NCBI RefSeq assembly: GCF_018977255.1 | Contig: NW_024704742.1 | Span: 25,236,001-25,300,000 of the forward strand | Origin: Callorhinchus milii | Lineage: Eukaryota | Reading direction: 5' to 3' | Length of the DNA: 64,000 nucleotides | Shown here: piece by piece, positions 26,369-39,512 of the stretch | Position numbering within the stretch: position 1 is the first letter of the stretch | Layout of the letters: every line of letters begins with the position of its first letter | Made by a program: the position numbers and the translations under genes | Notes under the pieces: generated by a model | Databases searched by the model: none | The model's input: the letters and a program-made list of their open reading frames with translations, nothing else | Told to the model about the DNA's origin: nothing

Positions 26369-28223
26369 GTGAGAAACTACTTCACTTTAATAAAGGCTGT
26401 GAGGTTACTCTTAGGGTTACTAAGCGTTTATTGGGTAACAAATATTTATAGAATGTACTGAACTCAGAATTACTGGGAATAAACTTTCTTTATTAAAACC
26501 TGCAGTAATGTGACTCCTGTGTGAATATTGTTACACAATTAGAGAGTTTGAGCCAGTTCAGTAGCACTCAAGTAATCTGGCAGGGGCATACATCCTGCCT
26601 AAAAAATACTGCCAGTGGGAGTAAAGTCCCTTCTGCTAAATTGAAAATAAATTTCTGAAGTGTATTTCTGAAGCGATAAGACAAACTGCTTATAGCTACA
26701 CAGACACTGCAAGAAACGGATATTTATGTCTGAGTGTAGCAATAGCTGAAATGAAAGAATGTTGGACTTAAAGTAACAGGTTCCCAATTCCCAATCATAA
26801 TTCCTTGGACAGCAGCCTGTAGCTTGATAAAACCAAGAGTAAGTAGTTGTTTCTCAGCACTTTGGGACAGTATATAAATGTGAATTGAACTGTGTATTTA
26901 GAATGGCAAACACTTTTTTTTAAGTGTTTTGTTTAAAACACTGCCGAGGGTTTGATGCAAAAAAATTCATAATCTGACCACCTACATCAACATGCTGTAC
27001 AAACAGATTGATTTTGCTGATGTTTTGATCTGACCAGAATTATTTTGACAGCCCTGCTTGGTTAGAACTTCATCCCTATGCCATCCTTATGCCTGATTTA
27101 TTTGTGGAAATAATCCAACATTGCCCTTAGCGAGAGAGATTTAGAAGATGGATTTGTGCTCTCAGTGAGTCCAAGAGCTCTGTGGGTGTGCAGAGCTCTG
27201 TTGTTAATATTATCGAAGAACCAGTTACATAAACGGATCTACAACAACAAATGGGCAAGAGGGCGCTTAAAGGTTCTGGAGCGGTCAGTTTGAATCACCT
27301 GTATTTCATTTCTGTTGCAGTCGTGGAGATTGATATCCTGCTGAAACCAACTTCTCCAGCTGGTCTCAGCAGCCAGGCTTCAGTGCAAATTGCTTTGCAA
27401 TTTTGTGGCACACGACTAATTTATACTAGGCATTTGTTGACCATTCAGAGTACTTTTTGCAGTGAACCACTGGCAAAAAGGTATTATACCACTGGACATT
27501 AAACTACTGCAGGAAGTGGCCCTCAGACACAGTGAGGTTTCATCTGATCTGAGATACTTTAGGGGTATTTAGGTTTATGTAGGATTTTTTTAAAAATAGG
27601 ACTGCATTGCCACCAATGAGAAAAAAAATCAATCTAAGGAAAGGTTGCACGTACAGCAGCTGCTGAAATCTTTCCTCTCAGCTGGAGATGATGTAATTTC
27701 ACAGACAGGTTCAAGTGCTCGAACAGTTACGTCTGTGGTTCCCGGGATTGGAATGAGGAGGATTCCAGATGAATGAATCAATCAATGAAAGAAACCTTGA
27801 TGTGGAACTACTTGCTGTGCGCAAATTAGCAGGCATTTCACATACAAGATATAGTGATCACACTGCCCGGTATATCCTGTGAAGCACATTGGGACATCCT
27901 CCCAATGTGAAGCACGCTATATTAAATATAAGAGTTATTATTGTTATTACTTTTAGGCATCTAGAAGACGTGAAAAGCGCTATATCAAATGCAAGGATTA
28001 TTATTATTATTATTACTCCTGGTGTGAATGGATACAGAGCTTTGTCACACTTAAAGAAAAGGGAGCAACATTGATAAATAAAGGTCTTCATTTATATTTC
28101 AGTAAGGGAGCTGGCTAATAACTATATCAAATGCAAGGATTATTATCCAAAGGCCTGTTCTTCTTGTGTGAGCCGAGAGAACAAGTTTCGGTAATCTTTT
28201 TGGCCATGTCCTTCCAGTGGAAT

Positions 28224-29003
28224 GTCCTTTCTCCCTCACATCCGCACTACAACTGGCACCGCCTTCCATCACCTTCGGAACATCGCCAGACTACGGCACT
28301 ACCTCACCCCTCACGCTGCTGAAACCCTGGTCCACGCCTTTGTCACCTCAAGGCTGGACTATGGGAACTCTCTCCTCGCCGGCCTTCCCGCCACCTCCCT
28401 CCACAAGCTGCAGGTCATTCAGAACTCTGCAGCTCGTGTACTGTCCCGCACCAGGCTTCGGGACCACATCACTCCCACCCTCGCTCGCCTCCACTGGCTC
28501 CCCATCCCCCAGAGGATTGATTTCAAGATCCTCATCCTCACCTACAAGGCCATTCACGGCCTTGCTCCCTCCTACCTCTCCAACCTACTATCCCCCTACC
28601 TACCTGCCCGTACCCTCCGTTCCTCTGGCTCCGGTCTGCTCCACGTCCCCCGCCCCAACCGCCCTACCATCGGTGGTCGGGCCTTCAGCCTCTCAGCCCC
28701 CAGGCTCTGGAACTCCATCCCCCAGTGCCTTCGCCTTGCTTCCTCCCTTTCCTCCTTCAAGGCCGGTCTCAAAACCTTTCTCTTTGACCGTGCCTTCAGC
28801 TCCCCTCTCGACTCTCTTCCCCCTCCTCGCTCCCTCCCTTCCCTCTCCTCACCCTGACCATTTCCCCCTCCTTGCTCCCTCCCTTCCCTCACCCTGACCA
28901 TTTCCCCCCTGCTCGGGTCATGACCCAACTGTGCAGCGCCTTGGGACGTCCTCCTGACGTGAAAGGCGCTTTATAAATGGAATCTTGTTGTTGTTGTTGT
29001 TGT
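28224..29003 (+). mobile_element. Young L2-clade LINE, 5'-truncated, uninterrupted ORF2 C-terminus (211 aa to stop at 28857)
   Basis: Peptide LVHAFVTSRLDYGNSLL...HITPTLARLHWLPIPQRIDFKIL is typical of L2 ORF2; 3' stem-loop and (TTG)n tail. Confidence 0.93.
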
Positions 29004-29621
29004 ATTGTAACTGGTGGAGTTAGATGAACCAAATTCTCTTGTCACCCAACATCCATACACATCCATGCTCTCACAGGGCTTACTGGATAATGACAAGGAA
29101 GAGGGAGAGTACCCTGGATGGATTTTATCCCCCTCTCTAGCTAAGAGACACTGAGGCAAGGTCTCATCAGCTAATTCAGCACAGACCAGAGAATGCTCCT
29201 GGAACCTTTCTGGTCGATATGACTTTGAGTATATTTGCCCATTAAGAATCAGAGCAGGGCCTTATTTACCCGTTTGCATTCCTGATCTTTGTGATACTAA
29301 AATCTAAATGTGTGACTGAAATCTGCAGAGGACAATGTAATAATACACGTGCAGTTTACTTTCACTTTGAAAAAACTGTGATGGTGGCAATGCCACAAAA
29401 CACTTGGCTGAAAAGATTCATTCAGTTTGTGTTTTCCATGTCCACACCTCATGCTGTGTTATCATTGGGCTGGCTTGGCAGTCAGACATACTCGAGTCTG
29501 TACAATGACAGCCTGATTTGTTTGATACTGTGGTTCATCTGTAGGCATGTTGATTGGAATTTTGCAGCGATGTGTCACAGGCTATTAGATATCTGATGAT
29601 GAAGTGTTGCTCTCTCCACAG

Positions 29622-29770
29622 GCATTGCCCTCAGTGCCCTCCCCATGTACTTGGGCGAGATCTCACCGAAGCAGATCCGTGGCTCCATAGGGCAGATCAC
29701 AGCTATTTTCATCTGTTGCGGTGTCTTCAGCGGTCAAATCTTGGGGCTACCAGAATTACTGGGAGGCAAG
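29622..29770 (+). CDS. SLC2A9: GLUT9 coding exon (149 bp; TM4 end-TM5), (G)[49 protein letters not shown]
   Basis: Acceptor tctctccacag, donor AAG|gtctgt. Carries the sugar-porter motif PMYxxEISP...RG and GLUT9-type AIFIC and GLPELLG. Phase 1 in, phase 0 out. Confidence 0.93.
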
Positions 29771-30439
29771 GTCTGTAAAGTTTGACTTCTCATATCCTAT
29801 GGTAACAGTGAGCTCATTTATTAGTATGATAATCAAGCACATTGGCTTTTTTTAAACAAATTCTGGCTGTATCCCAATGCCAATATAGTTTCGTCCACAA
29901 ATATATGCTCAATTCACTTTACAGTATATTCTGTCAAGCGCTTTGAGACGTCTAGAAGACGTGAAAAGCGCTATATCAAATGCAAGGATTATTATTATTA
30001 TTATTATTGTAGTGCTTTTCAAGTCTGGAAGATGTCACAAAGCGCCACAGGATTTTTACTGTAAAGTGCAGTGACTGTGTACTTTGTAGGCAGACATTTA
30101 AATCCATATGATAACAGTGCTGAGAAAACAACATTGAAAAGTATAAGTGATTTTTTTTATTACTCGGAGCTACAGTTAACTTTGTGTCTTTCAATGCCTT
30201 TGGGCTTAGATAAAGAGTCTGACTGAATCCCAAATGCATCAAGGAAATCCCTACTCAAACACTGTACTCTGCTTAATCATCAGTCTCTCTTTCAAAAGTA
30301 GTATTAATTTTGTTTGATAAAGAAATTAGGATGATATTACAAATATTGGTTAAACAGCTTGAATCTTAGATTGGAGCTTCATACTGCACTATATAATCAC
30401 AAGCAAGTACTGCATTGTCTTTCTGTTAGAATGAGCTCC

Positions 30440-31505
30440 AAGTGATTAAAGAAAGAGAATCAATTGTCAGCTGCAGGAATATTATGAAATAGTAAAGAGG
30501 TGAAATGTGAGTGGCAATTAGAGACCAATTAGCTTAATATTTTTAAATGGGGAAAAATGTTTGAGATCATTGAAGGGAATACTATCAATACCCATCTGGA
30601 GTGCGGATGCTTATTGTAAAACGTGATAGTGCTCTTTTTAAAGAGAGGTTAACGTGGATTTGAAAACGATAAATTATGCCTTCCAAATCAATTCAACTTA
30701 TTTCTGAAAGAAACTAAATTGGTGGCTGAGAACTATCCAGTGAATATAATGTATTGTAATTTGCAGAATGAGTTTGATAAAGTTCCACATAGAATTAACA
30801 GGCAAAATGGCTCATTGGATTGAAAACCTCTATAGCAATGAAAAGGATAAATGATTGGTAATGGAAGCTTTATCTTGGGCCATTGACCAGCAGAACTCTA
30901 CAAACATCTGTTCTGGGTTTCCTGCTGTTCACATTATTCATACATGATTCAGAGGAGATACTCGTAATATTAGAGCATTTGTTAATGATACCAAACTATG
31001 CAGGATGGTGAATGATATGAGGAGGATAAATAGCCTTCAAGAAGATTGAAACCTGCCCGTAGGCTGTAGCTTTACAGCACTGGCCTAGACTATAAGCTCA
31101 AAATCCTGATGTGGCCCTTGAATACGCAATTTATTGACTCAGAGTGCTAGGAACCGAGCCAGGCTGACTCTTAAATGGTTAAATGGAAATTGAAACAGTG
31201 GATTTGAAATCAACTCTTTCCCTCTGGTAGACAAATCCCGAACAAGAGAGCATAATCTTATAATTAGAGCTAAACTGGTTAAAAATGGAACCAGACAAAG
31301 GAGTCAGAATGTGGCATGCACTGGGTACCCCAGAGGTTCATAGATGCGAACTGAAATGTTTAACAGGAAGATAGATATCTTGATATTAAGGGATATGGAG
31401 AACCAGCAGGGAAATGGTGCTAAAAATCTAAAGTCTCTAATAAAATGGAAATAATAATAAGCAGGTTTGACAGACCAAAGTACCTACTCTTTTTCCAATG
31501 TTCCT
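30440..31505 (+). mobile_element. Highly degenerate CR1 RT and 3' end
   Basis: Remnants of N.RPISL, FDKVPH and F.NDTKL, plus CR1-type 3' UTR (aagggatatggaga...tgttcct). Confidence 0.7.
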
Positions 31506-33510
31506 CTGAGCAGCAATATGTAAAGTAATTAGAACTCATCCCAGGTTTTTATCACTATCAACGGCATTCGCTCTGTCTCTGTTTGTATGTGTGTGTGAGT
31601 GTGTGTGTAGATATATATATATATAAACTTGTATTCCCATTCCACTTCTAGCAGTTAAGGTGACTGCCGTGTGCATTGTCTCTGCTACTTAATGATAGTG
31701 AGCTGCATCCATGAGGAAAACATAGTCTCACGGCACAATTCTATTGAACACATACATTTCAAGGGATGTTGCTCTGTCATACTGCACACAGTCTACAACA
31801 CCAAGCATGAAATCATGCAGGTAACTTCACTGGCTCAACTCATTGTTTCTTTTATTTTGAACAAGACCATATGAAGAACGAATGGATGGCTCCTTTGGGC
31901 AATAACCGATCACGCCTCTACACAATCCACTGATGCTAACTGAGCACAGATATAAATAGAATTCATAGGACAATCAGGATCCTAAAGGAAAGCTTCTGTT
32001 GCTAGGTCCACTTTGGAGGAGCCCTGAACATGGGAAAACGTTGTACTTCTGTTGGTTTTCTGCTGGACGCCTCACAACTTGGCTGTCTCTAGTTTACTTT
32101 TCATATAGAAAAGGGATTCACATTTCTGAAGGAAGACAACAGGATCCAGCAGAATTTTTATATTTATATCTGATTCCCCGGAACCAGGAGGGAGAAAAAG
32201 TCTAATTGTGTGGGATATTTCAATCAGAAATTCATGAAAGATACAACTTGCACATAAAGCTTTTTAAGTAGAGTAACATTTCAAAGAGCTTAACAATGAA
32301 AAGGGACAATATTTAGAAGGGTTTGAAAGCAGAGAGAGAGGAATCTGAGTCTTTGGAGTTTTGGGAGAGAGTTCCATTGAACGGGAGCAAAGTGTTTGAA
32401 AGCTTGTGGGGTGGAGGATGCAGGATATGTGAGTTAGCAGAGAAGAGAGTGGATAGTGACAGATTGCGACTGCTGGAGTTCACAGAGATAGGTAGGGACA
32501 GGTAAGAGTTTCAAAGTTACAAAATATATTTCCATCCCTGATGAATGTTACCTTACCAACAGTGAAGTCTGCAAAAAAAATTACAGGAATCTTAGCTATA
32601 GTCAGCATAATGTAAAATGCAGTGACTGTATAATTGTAGATATGCCATTTGGGCCAGTGGTTCCTTGCATTATGTTGTGCCTTGCTATTCGTATCTTTGC
32701 AGAAACTGTATATGCAGGTTATGCATTTATATATTTTTGAGGAACATAAGCTAAGTCTGAGTTTGCTTTTCAAATTTCTTGCATGAATGCACATGAGTTT
32801 CACAGAGAATGTGCACCAGCGGAGCATTGCGACATAGATTTGATATTCCATTGTCTGGGGTTCTGTCATTGCATTGACAAACGTGTTCAGCAATCATCTG
32901 CAAGAGGTAAATGAAATGGATGACAGACTGAAATGTATATTAATCATACAAAAGATTTAGTGAAGGGGTGTGGTCAACACCAAAGATCTTAGAATGTGGC
33001 TCATGGCATATGTGATAGCCAGGCGCATCAGTGGCTCTCAGGAGGCTATTAAGAGAATACTTTATTTTAATTATGAATAATAATGATAATCTTTGCATTT
33101 GATGCAGCGCCTTATCACATCTTCGAGCAGGAGAAGTTCATTTGCCAAATGTGCTTAAAAAGAAAAGGAGAAATAATCTGACATTGTTTATAAAGGGCTC
33201 ATGCACCCTGAACCTATTGCATTCTTCCGCTAACCCCCCCATCCCCCAACCCCCCACCATTTTTTGTCCCTCACTTTGAAAACCGCTGAATTAGATTAAT
33301 ACCTGAGCTGAAGGAGTTTAGCTATGATGGGAGCTTAGGTAGACTGAGATTATACTTTTTAGAGCAGAGTTGTTTGAAAGAGCCAGACAGACAGATAGTT
33401 AGTATAGGTTTTAAGGGGTATGGTGAAAAGGCAACGTATTGGGATTAAACGATGAAGAGAGCTAAAAAAATCTCCAGCTCTTCTTGTTTTCTTATGTTCC
33501 AAGATCCACG

Positions 33511-33947
33511 AATTCAAGATCCTCATCCTCACCTACAAGGCCATTCACGGCCTTGCTCCCTCCTACCTCTCCGACCTACTATCCCCCTACCTACCTGCCT
33601 GTACCCTCCGTTCCTCTGGCTCCGGTCTGCTCCACATCCCCCGCCCCAACCGCCCTACCATCGGTAGCCGGGCCTTCAGCCTCTCAGCCCCGAGGCTCTG
33701 GAACTCCATCCCCCAGTGCCTTCGCCGCCTCCTCCCTTTCCTCCTTCAAGGCCGGTCTCAAAACCTTTCTCTTTGAGCGAGCCTTCAGCTCCCCTCTCGA
33801 CTCTCTACCCCCTCCTCGCTCCCTCCCTTCGCTCCCCCCACCCTGACCATTTCCCCCCTGCTCAGGTCCTGACCCAACTGTACAGCGCCTTGGGACGTCC
33901 TCCTGACGTGAAAGGCGCTCTATAAATGGAATCTTGTTGTTGTTGTT
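33511..33947 (+). mobile_element. Young L2 3' fragment
   Basis: Near-identical to 28520-29003. Confidence 0.92.
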
Positions 33948-35640
33948 CCTATATTCCATCAAAAACTGAAACGCATCTGGACAAAGTTGAAAGGGATAAA
34001 CTCCACATGGCTACAATAATAATAATCCTTGCATTTGATATAGCGCCTTATCATGTTATTGAGACGTCTCAAAACGCTTCACAGAATATACTGTAAAGTG
34101 AATTGACAGCTATTCCTGCCAAGACATGACAACAATGCAGTGCTCCTCTTAGCACTGCACCAGAGTGTCAGCCTTCGACTGACTCCGGCCTTCTGCTTGA
34201 TGGGGCACTGATTGAGGAGTCTGTAATGTTCCCTTTCAGCCAATATTTTGGGAATTGAAATGTATCGACAAATCTCTGAAGCCTTGTAACAGTTTTAAAA
34301 CTACTCAAGAAAATATAGGAGAAAAGAGGTCTTAAAACACCAATTCTCCCCCACCCTACCCTTACACACACACACATACACACAAAAAAAACACATATGC
34401 AAAAAATGGGAAGCTGCATAATATATAAAAATAGGCTTTACACGCTGAGTATTGATGTTCATTGCATGTTACTTTTGGAGAGCAGGAAAGTTAATTCACA
34501 GAAGAACGCAATACGTTTGTGAGGGGGATTGTATAACAGTGAAGATCCATGACAATAATATAAGTCTCCAACAAACAGACAGAATCCAACAAAACTGACA
34601 GTCAGGAATCTATTACACTCTCAAGCCCCTGTAAGACTGCTGCAGGTAATGACTTTTATGGTGCAATGGTAATATGTATCGATCAAATTTGCTGGGTAAC
34701 CATATCAAGATACCGTTCTGACAGCAGAATACCTTGGCTTTGCAATTATTGAATCAAGACACTGGTTGTCAATGTCTGCTGCTGTTCCATTCCAGCGTCA
34801 ATTCCAATCATACCTTTCTTTTTTGTAGTTTAATTTTTCCAAAGTGTGTATTTTCTTGGTGCATTTGCAAATATCTTGTGACTCTTTAGTCCGCAATGAA
34901 GAATAACAATTAAAAAAAAGAAAAATCCCCAAGAAGTTTTTGGCCGTGGTGTCTAATCCTTCTGATTGTGACTAACACAAAGTTTGATCTGGCACCTGGC
35001 AGATCAGCTCGCAGGCATGGCCATATTTCCAGATGGGAATTTGTGTCACGGTGGAGACGACTGCAGAGAAGCAGTGACATAATTTTGAGGGGGTGAACGC
35101 TTTCTAAAGGATGGCCCATTTCACTCAGTCAAAGATTTGCAACTGTTCGTCGATCTTTTTTGCACTAGTGTAGGCCTAGATGGTAATGATGCGATTCTAT
35201 TTTGACGCACACTCACCTGGACGCATATTGAGAATTACAGCCTTGTCCCTTAAATAATAATAATAATAATTAAATTATTAGTGTGGGGCGTAGAATCGAC
35301 TTTGAGACTGGTAATGTGGGGGGCAACTAGGCAATGAGGTCTCACCAAAGGAGCCTCGCACCCCATCTGAGAGGGAGAAGGGCAGAGCTGGGGTGGGTAT
35401 AAAAGCTGTAAATGCTCCAGGAAGCTGCCCCGCCTGAAGGGCGCTACATAAATGCAAGTTTTTGTTGTTAAACTGATCCACTGAGCTCCCTCTATCCCCC
35501 ACAAACTGTATTGAGGAAGGCCCTGTGGCTCGCAGGAGAGAGAACAAAGGAATCATGTGGCCTAGATGGTGAGGGATGAGTAATTGAGAGGGATGGGGAC
35601 CATGAGTGGGAACAAGTTATAGGAGAGGATGTATATGAAG

Positions 35641-35902
35641 CACCATCGGTGACCGGGCTTTCAGCCTCTCTTCCCCCACACTCTGGAACTCCATCCCACA
35701 GTTCCTTCACCTCGCTTCCTCCCTTGCATCCTTCCAGACCGGTCTCAAGACCCTTCTCTTCGACCGTCCCTCCCACCTCTCTGCCTCCACCCCTCCCCCC
35801 CATGCTCGGGCTCCGACATCTGACTGTTCAGTGCTTTGGGATGTCCTCCCGACAGGAAAGGCGCTCAATAACTGTAATTTTGTTGTTGTTGTTGTTGTTG
35901 TT
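35641..35902 (+). mobile_element. L2 3' fragment
   Basis: Matches 13314-13605 and 52270-52547. Similar pieces at 41415-41650 and 63190-63400(-). Confidence 0.87.
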
Positions 35903-37338
35903 ATAAGAGGGGGTGTTGTGGGTTAGCCCCAATGGTGCAGAGGATAAGACTGCAGATTATAGATAAGGTGCTAGCTTTGCTGTGTTTGTTACTCCCAGCT
36001 GGGACAACATGGAAGGCTAAAGTAACCCTGTTTTTCCCAGGGTTACGGAGGTAAAAACTACCCTGGGTTCCTGCTCCTTTAAAGCCTCTTCTTTACTGGT
36101 TGTTTGTGTGTGGCAGCCGGATGGGGAGAGCTCAGGCTTGGCTGTGATGCTCTTTGCAGTCAGGTGGTTGGTGACCTTCACTGTTGAGGCTCACACAGGA
36201 ACAGTGGCGACTCGGGTGGGGAAGCGGAGAGCAGCAACCAGTGCCAGGAGCAGGAACATCCGGAACATTGTCCGTGAATGGATGACCTGGAGGTTGACCA
36301 TATTTTTTTTAAGTGCAGGAAGCAAAAAATTGGATATTTCTGTGTTGTCACAGACATCACTTTTTATGCACGTGCAGGAAGTGACAACGGTGAGCTACCG
36401 ACCTGGCCTTTGGCCATTTGAGAGCGAGTCCTGTGCTCTCATGCACAGTGACTGAGGGTTACATTGCAACCACGTTATAAGCGAATTGGCGTTATAGTGA
36501 AATGGATTATAACAGGGCTTCACAGTGTTTGTGTGATTATATAAAAAAACTGTGTGTATTGGATTTGTGTGTATGTGTGTCTGTAGCAAGGAAGCTTTGC
36601 TTTCCTATTTTATCTGAGTATCTCCCCTGCCATTAGCAGGCTACTTTGTCTTGTCTTGTCTTGTTTTGTGTAATGTGAAGAAACACTGTTGCCCAGCTAT
36701 CCCACTCACTGAGGGAAACTGTCACTATTATAATTGCCTACAAATAATAATTGCTGTGAAATGCTTTGAGACGTTTCAATATCATAGGCACAATATAAAA
36801 TGCATTGGTTATTTATTATACTTGTGAGTGACTCATTGATATACAGCGGTGCATATGAAACAGGAAATTGCAGGATAATCGACATCTGTGATGTCGGATT
36901 TTAGAGGATATCAAATGATTTGGGACAGTGAACTACACAAAAAATATTTTTGTCCACATAATTTAATACTGTTCTAGTTTTGATGTACTTGGCCTTAGAT
37001 ACACTATGCATCACTAATCACACCTCAAAAAGAAACTGCAAAATTGAGTTCTTGGAACTTTAGTTCTGCATTGAAGAAAAACAAAATCTCTTTTAAGCAA
37101 CATAACTTCCCCCTGAAGCCCAAGGTGTCAGCCTGGCTCAGTCTGCAGTCCTCTTGTCTCTGGGTCACATGGTGGCGGGTTCAAGCCCCAGGGACTCAGA
37201 TGTTCTGTTACAGTGTGGTGAACAGCAAATGGGAAGTGACATTAATGGAGACCCGATAATCCAGAAGTCATCCATTCTTTTCTTGTATTGAAGAAACTGA
37301 CGGACGAACAGAAAGTGAACTGGCTGGCAGCACATATG

Positions 37339-37430
37339 GCAGTAAAACCAGTTATCACAACCTGTTATAGCATTCGGTGGATGAAATTTATGGATCTCAA
37401 ATGCTGGATTATAACAAGGTTCTACTGTAT
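37339..37430. mobile_element. Short Tigger/Tc1-mariner-like MITE relic
   Basis: cagtaaaaccagttat ... ataacaaggttctactg-TA termini; a similar right end lies at about 36500-36525. Confidence 0.5.
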
Positions 37431-38099
37431 TAACGGAAAGAAAACATGCACATATACATAAAAAAAATTAAGCAGAAAATATGCAAAAATGACGTTTAAT
37501 ACGAGTTATTGTAAGCAGTGAAGAAAACAAGGTAGAGTATCACTTACATGATACTCAGTGCAAATGATGTGCAAATCTTAGGGACAACTGCAAGAAGATG
37601 TTCAATTTTTAAGATTTGAGTTAACTAATAATAGATCCAACGTCCTCTATTTGGAATAAATTGCATCTGATATATTGAATGGAGATTATATCAAAAGCAG
37701 TATACATAATTAACTCAGTGTGAACTGAAGCATGCCAAGCTTTCAAAAATCTCATCAAAGGAATATTCATTCGAGGTGGACAAATGCTAATGAAATAACT
37801 AATTCAATCATCTCTCGCAGCAAAGACTGACCTCCTTGACACTGTTCACAGTGATCAACTGAAATGGGTAAAAAAATTGAGAAAGCAAAGTCAAGGTTCC
37901 CCACACCCTATTGAAAGGACAGATAGCAGACGTCCAGTGAGTAGTGCGGCCGATTCAGGAGGAGTAGCTGTCAAGTGGACAAGAGGCAGAGCTAAAATCA
38001 AAATGGGGTGACATTTTGGGAGGTCAGCTGGGTGTCTGACACATATGGAAATCCTTCTCCATGTTTAAGAGTCTCCAATCCAAACTGAGAATTCCATGC

Positions 38100-38286
38100 A
38101 TCCCTCCAAAACCAAAAACAATAATAAATTGGTCATTTTCAATCTACGACTGTTTGTGGGACATTGCTGTGCGCAATTGGCTGCCGCGTTCGCCCACAAA
38201 TATACAGTCAATTCACTTTACAGTGTGTTCTGTGAAGTGCTTTGGGACGTCCTCCCGACGTGAAAAGCGCTATATCAAATGCAAGG

Positions 38287-38318
<32 letters not shown>
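38100..38318 (+). mobile_element. Young tRNA-Ala/Deu SINE, 5'-truncated, long (TTA)n tail
   Basis: Family match from atccctccaaaacc onward. Confidence 0.9.
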
Positions 38319-38881
38319 CCCACCCACACATGGAAATTTCCATGGATTGGAATGAAATGCGCACTCTTCTGCCTTGAGGGACACATCCTGCTTAATTAAT
38401 TCCAGAGAGTATTACACGCAGGCTGTAAAGAGCCAAGGCTTGGGGTAAATTGTGATTCAGAATTAGCTGAATAAAGTGCATTCCACAAAACACAATCCAA
38501 CAAAATTCCTTCATATCCAACAATTTCCAAACTGGACGAACAACTGGTTGACTCACTGCAGAATAAGCCAACAACAACAATAACAAATCATAGTCATATA
38601 GCGCCATTCACGTTGGAATGATGTCCCAAGGCTTGCTGTGATGAACCAGCTTGCATCTTTGCTGCACACTGGCATATTGGGAAATGCAATAGTAATAATA
38701 ATAATCCTTGCAATTGATATAGTGCCTTATCACATAGTTGAGACATCTCAAAGCACTTCAAAGAATATACTGTAAAGTATACTCTATTTTGTCATTGGAG
38801 AAATGCTGCCCCAAAATGCTAAGTAATTGAATTGTTACATTGTTACACTAATGAATCACCTGAAGTGAATGAATTAAATAT

Positions 38882-39216
38882 AACAATAATAATAATCCTT
38901 GCATTTGATATAGTGCTTTACCACATATTCGAGCTGTCTCAAAATGCTACACAGAATATACTGTAAAGTGAATTGACTATATATTTTGTGGGTGAAATGC
39001 AGCAGCAAATTGCTCACAGCAGTGTCCCACAAACAGTCGTGGATTGAAGTAACCAATTTATTATTATTATTATTTCTACTAACAGCCAGGTTCCTACTTA
39101 CTGCTAGGTAAACAGAGGTATGTGGAGTACGGAAACTTGCAGAACATTTTGCCCTGCTGGGAATCAAACCCAGGTCTTTCGCTTGCAAGGCGAGTGCTCT
39201 AACCACTGAGCTACAG
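38882..39216 (-). mobile_element. tRNA-Ala/Deu SINE, long older form
   Basis: Contains the internal segment ctgtttacctagcagtaagtaggaacctgg shared with 15292-15644. Confidence 0.85.
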
Positions 39217-39330
39217 TGATCTGAAGCAAACCATGAAACGAAAATTGTGATGTTTCTTAAAAAAACGGGAAATGTGATGGACAGTTCTCTTAATGGCAAA
39301 CTGTGTGAGTTTAGCTGGTTAATTTCGAGC

Positions 39331-39512
39331 AGTATCCCAATGCACAACCTGGTGTCCTCAAGCCTTGGCTCTTGCCAACCTGAGCCTAATACAACAAAGA
39401 GAGTGTGTATTCCATTTCAGACACAAACAACATTTCCACGCCTTTGTGGACCTCTTAGTTTGGTTTGGATGCTCTTAAGCATGTTTCTGTATGTGTCAGA
39501 CACCCAGCTGAT
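39331..39512 (+). repeat. Unclassified interspersed repeat (copies also at 12581-12703, 38024-38450(-), 61555-61763, 63420-63928)
   Basis: Shared motifs cccaatgca, aagccttggctcttgcca, ctcttaagcatggtgatgggtttcca and gtcagacacccagctga. Confidence 0.75.

Noticed and set aside
28217..28928. ORFs of 211-226 aa as host genes
   Set aside because: The 211-aa frame is the L2 ORF2 C-terminus; the Pro/Ser-rich and antisense frames are shadows of the same C-rich element.
32480..32893. 137-aa minus-strand ORF
   Set aside because: No recognisable domain or splice context; consistent with a chance ORF.
38061..38399. Recurrent CLWDIAVRNWLPRSPTNIQ...KCKDYYYY ORFs as a gene family
   Set aside because: These are translations of the SINE body and (TTA)n tail.
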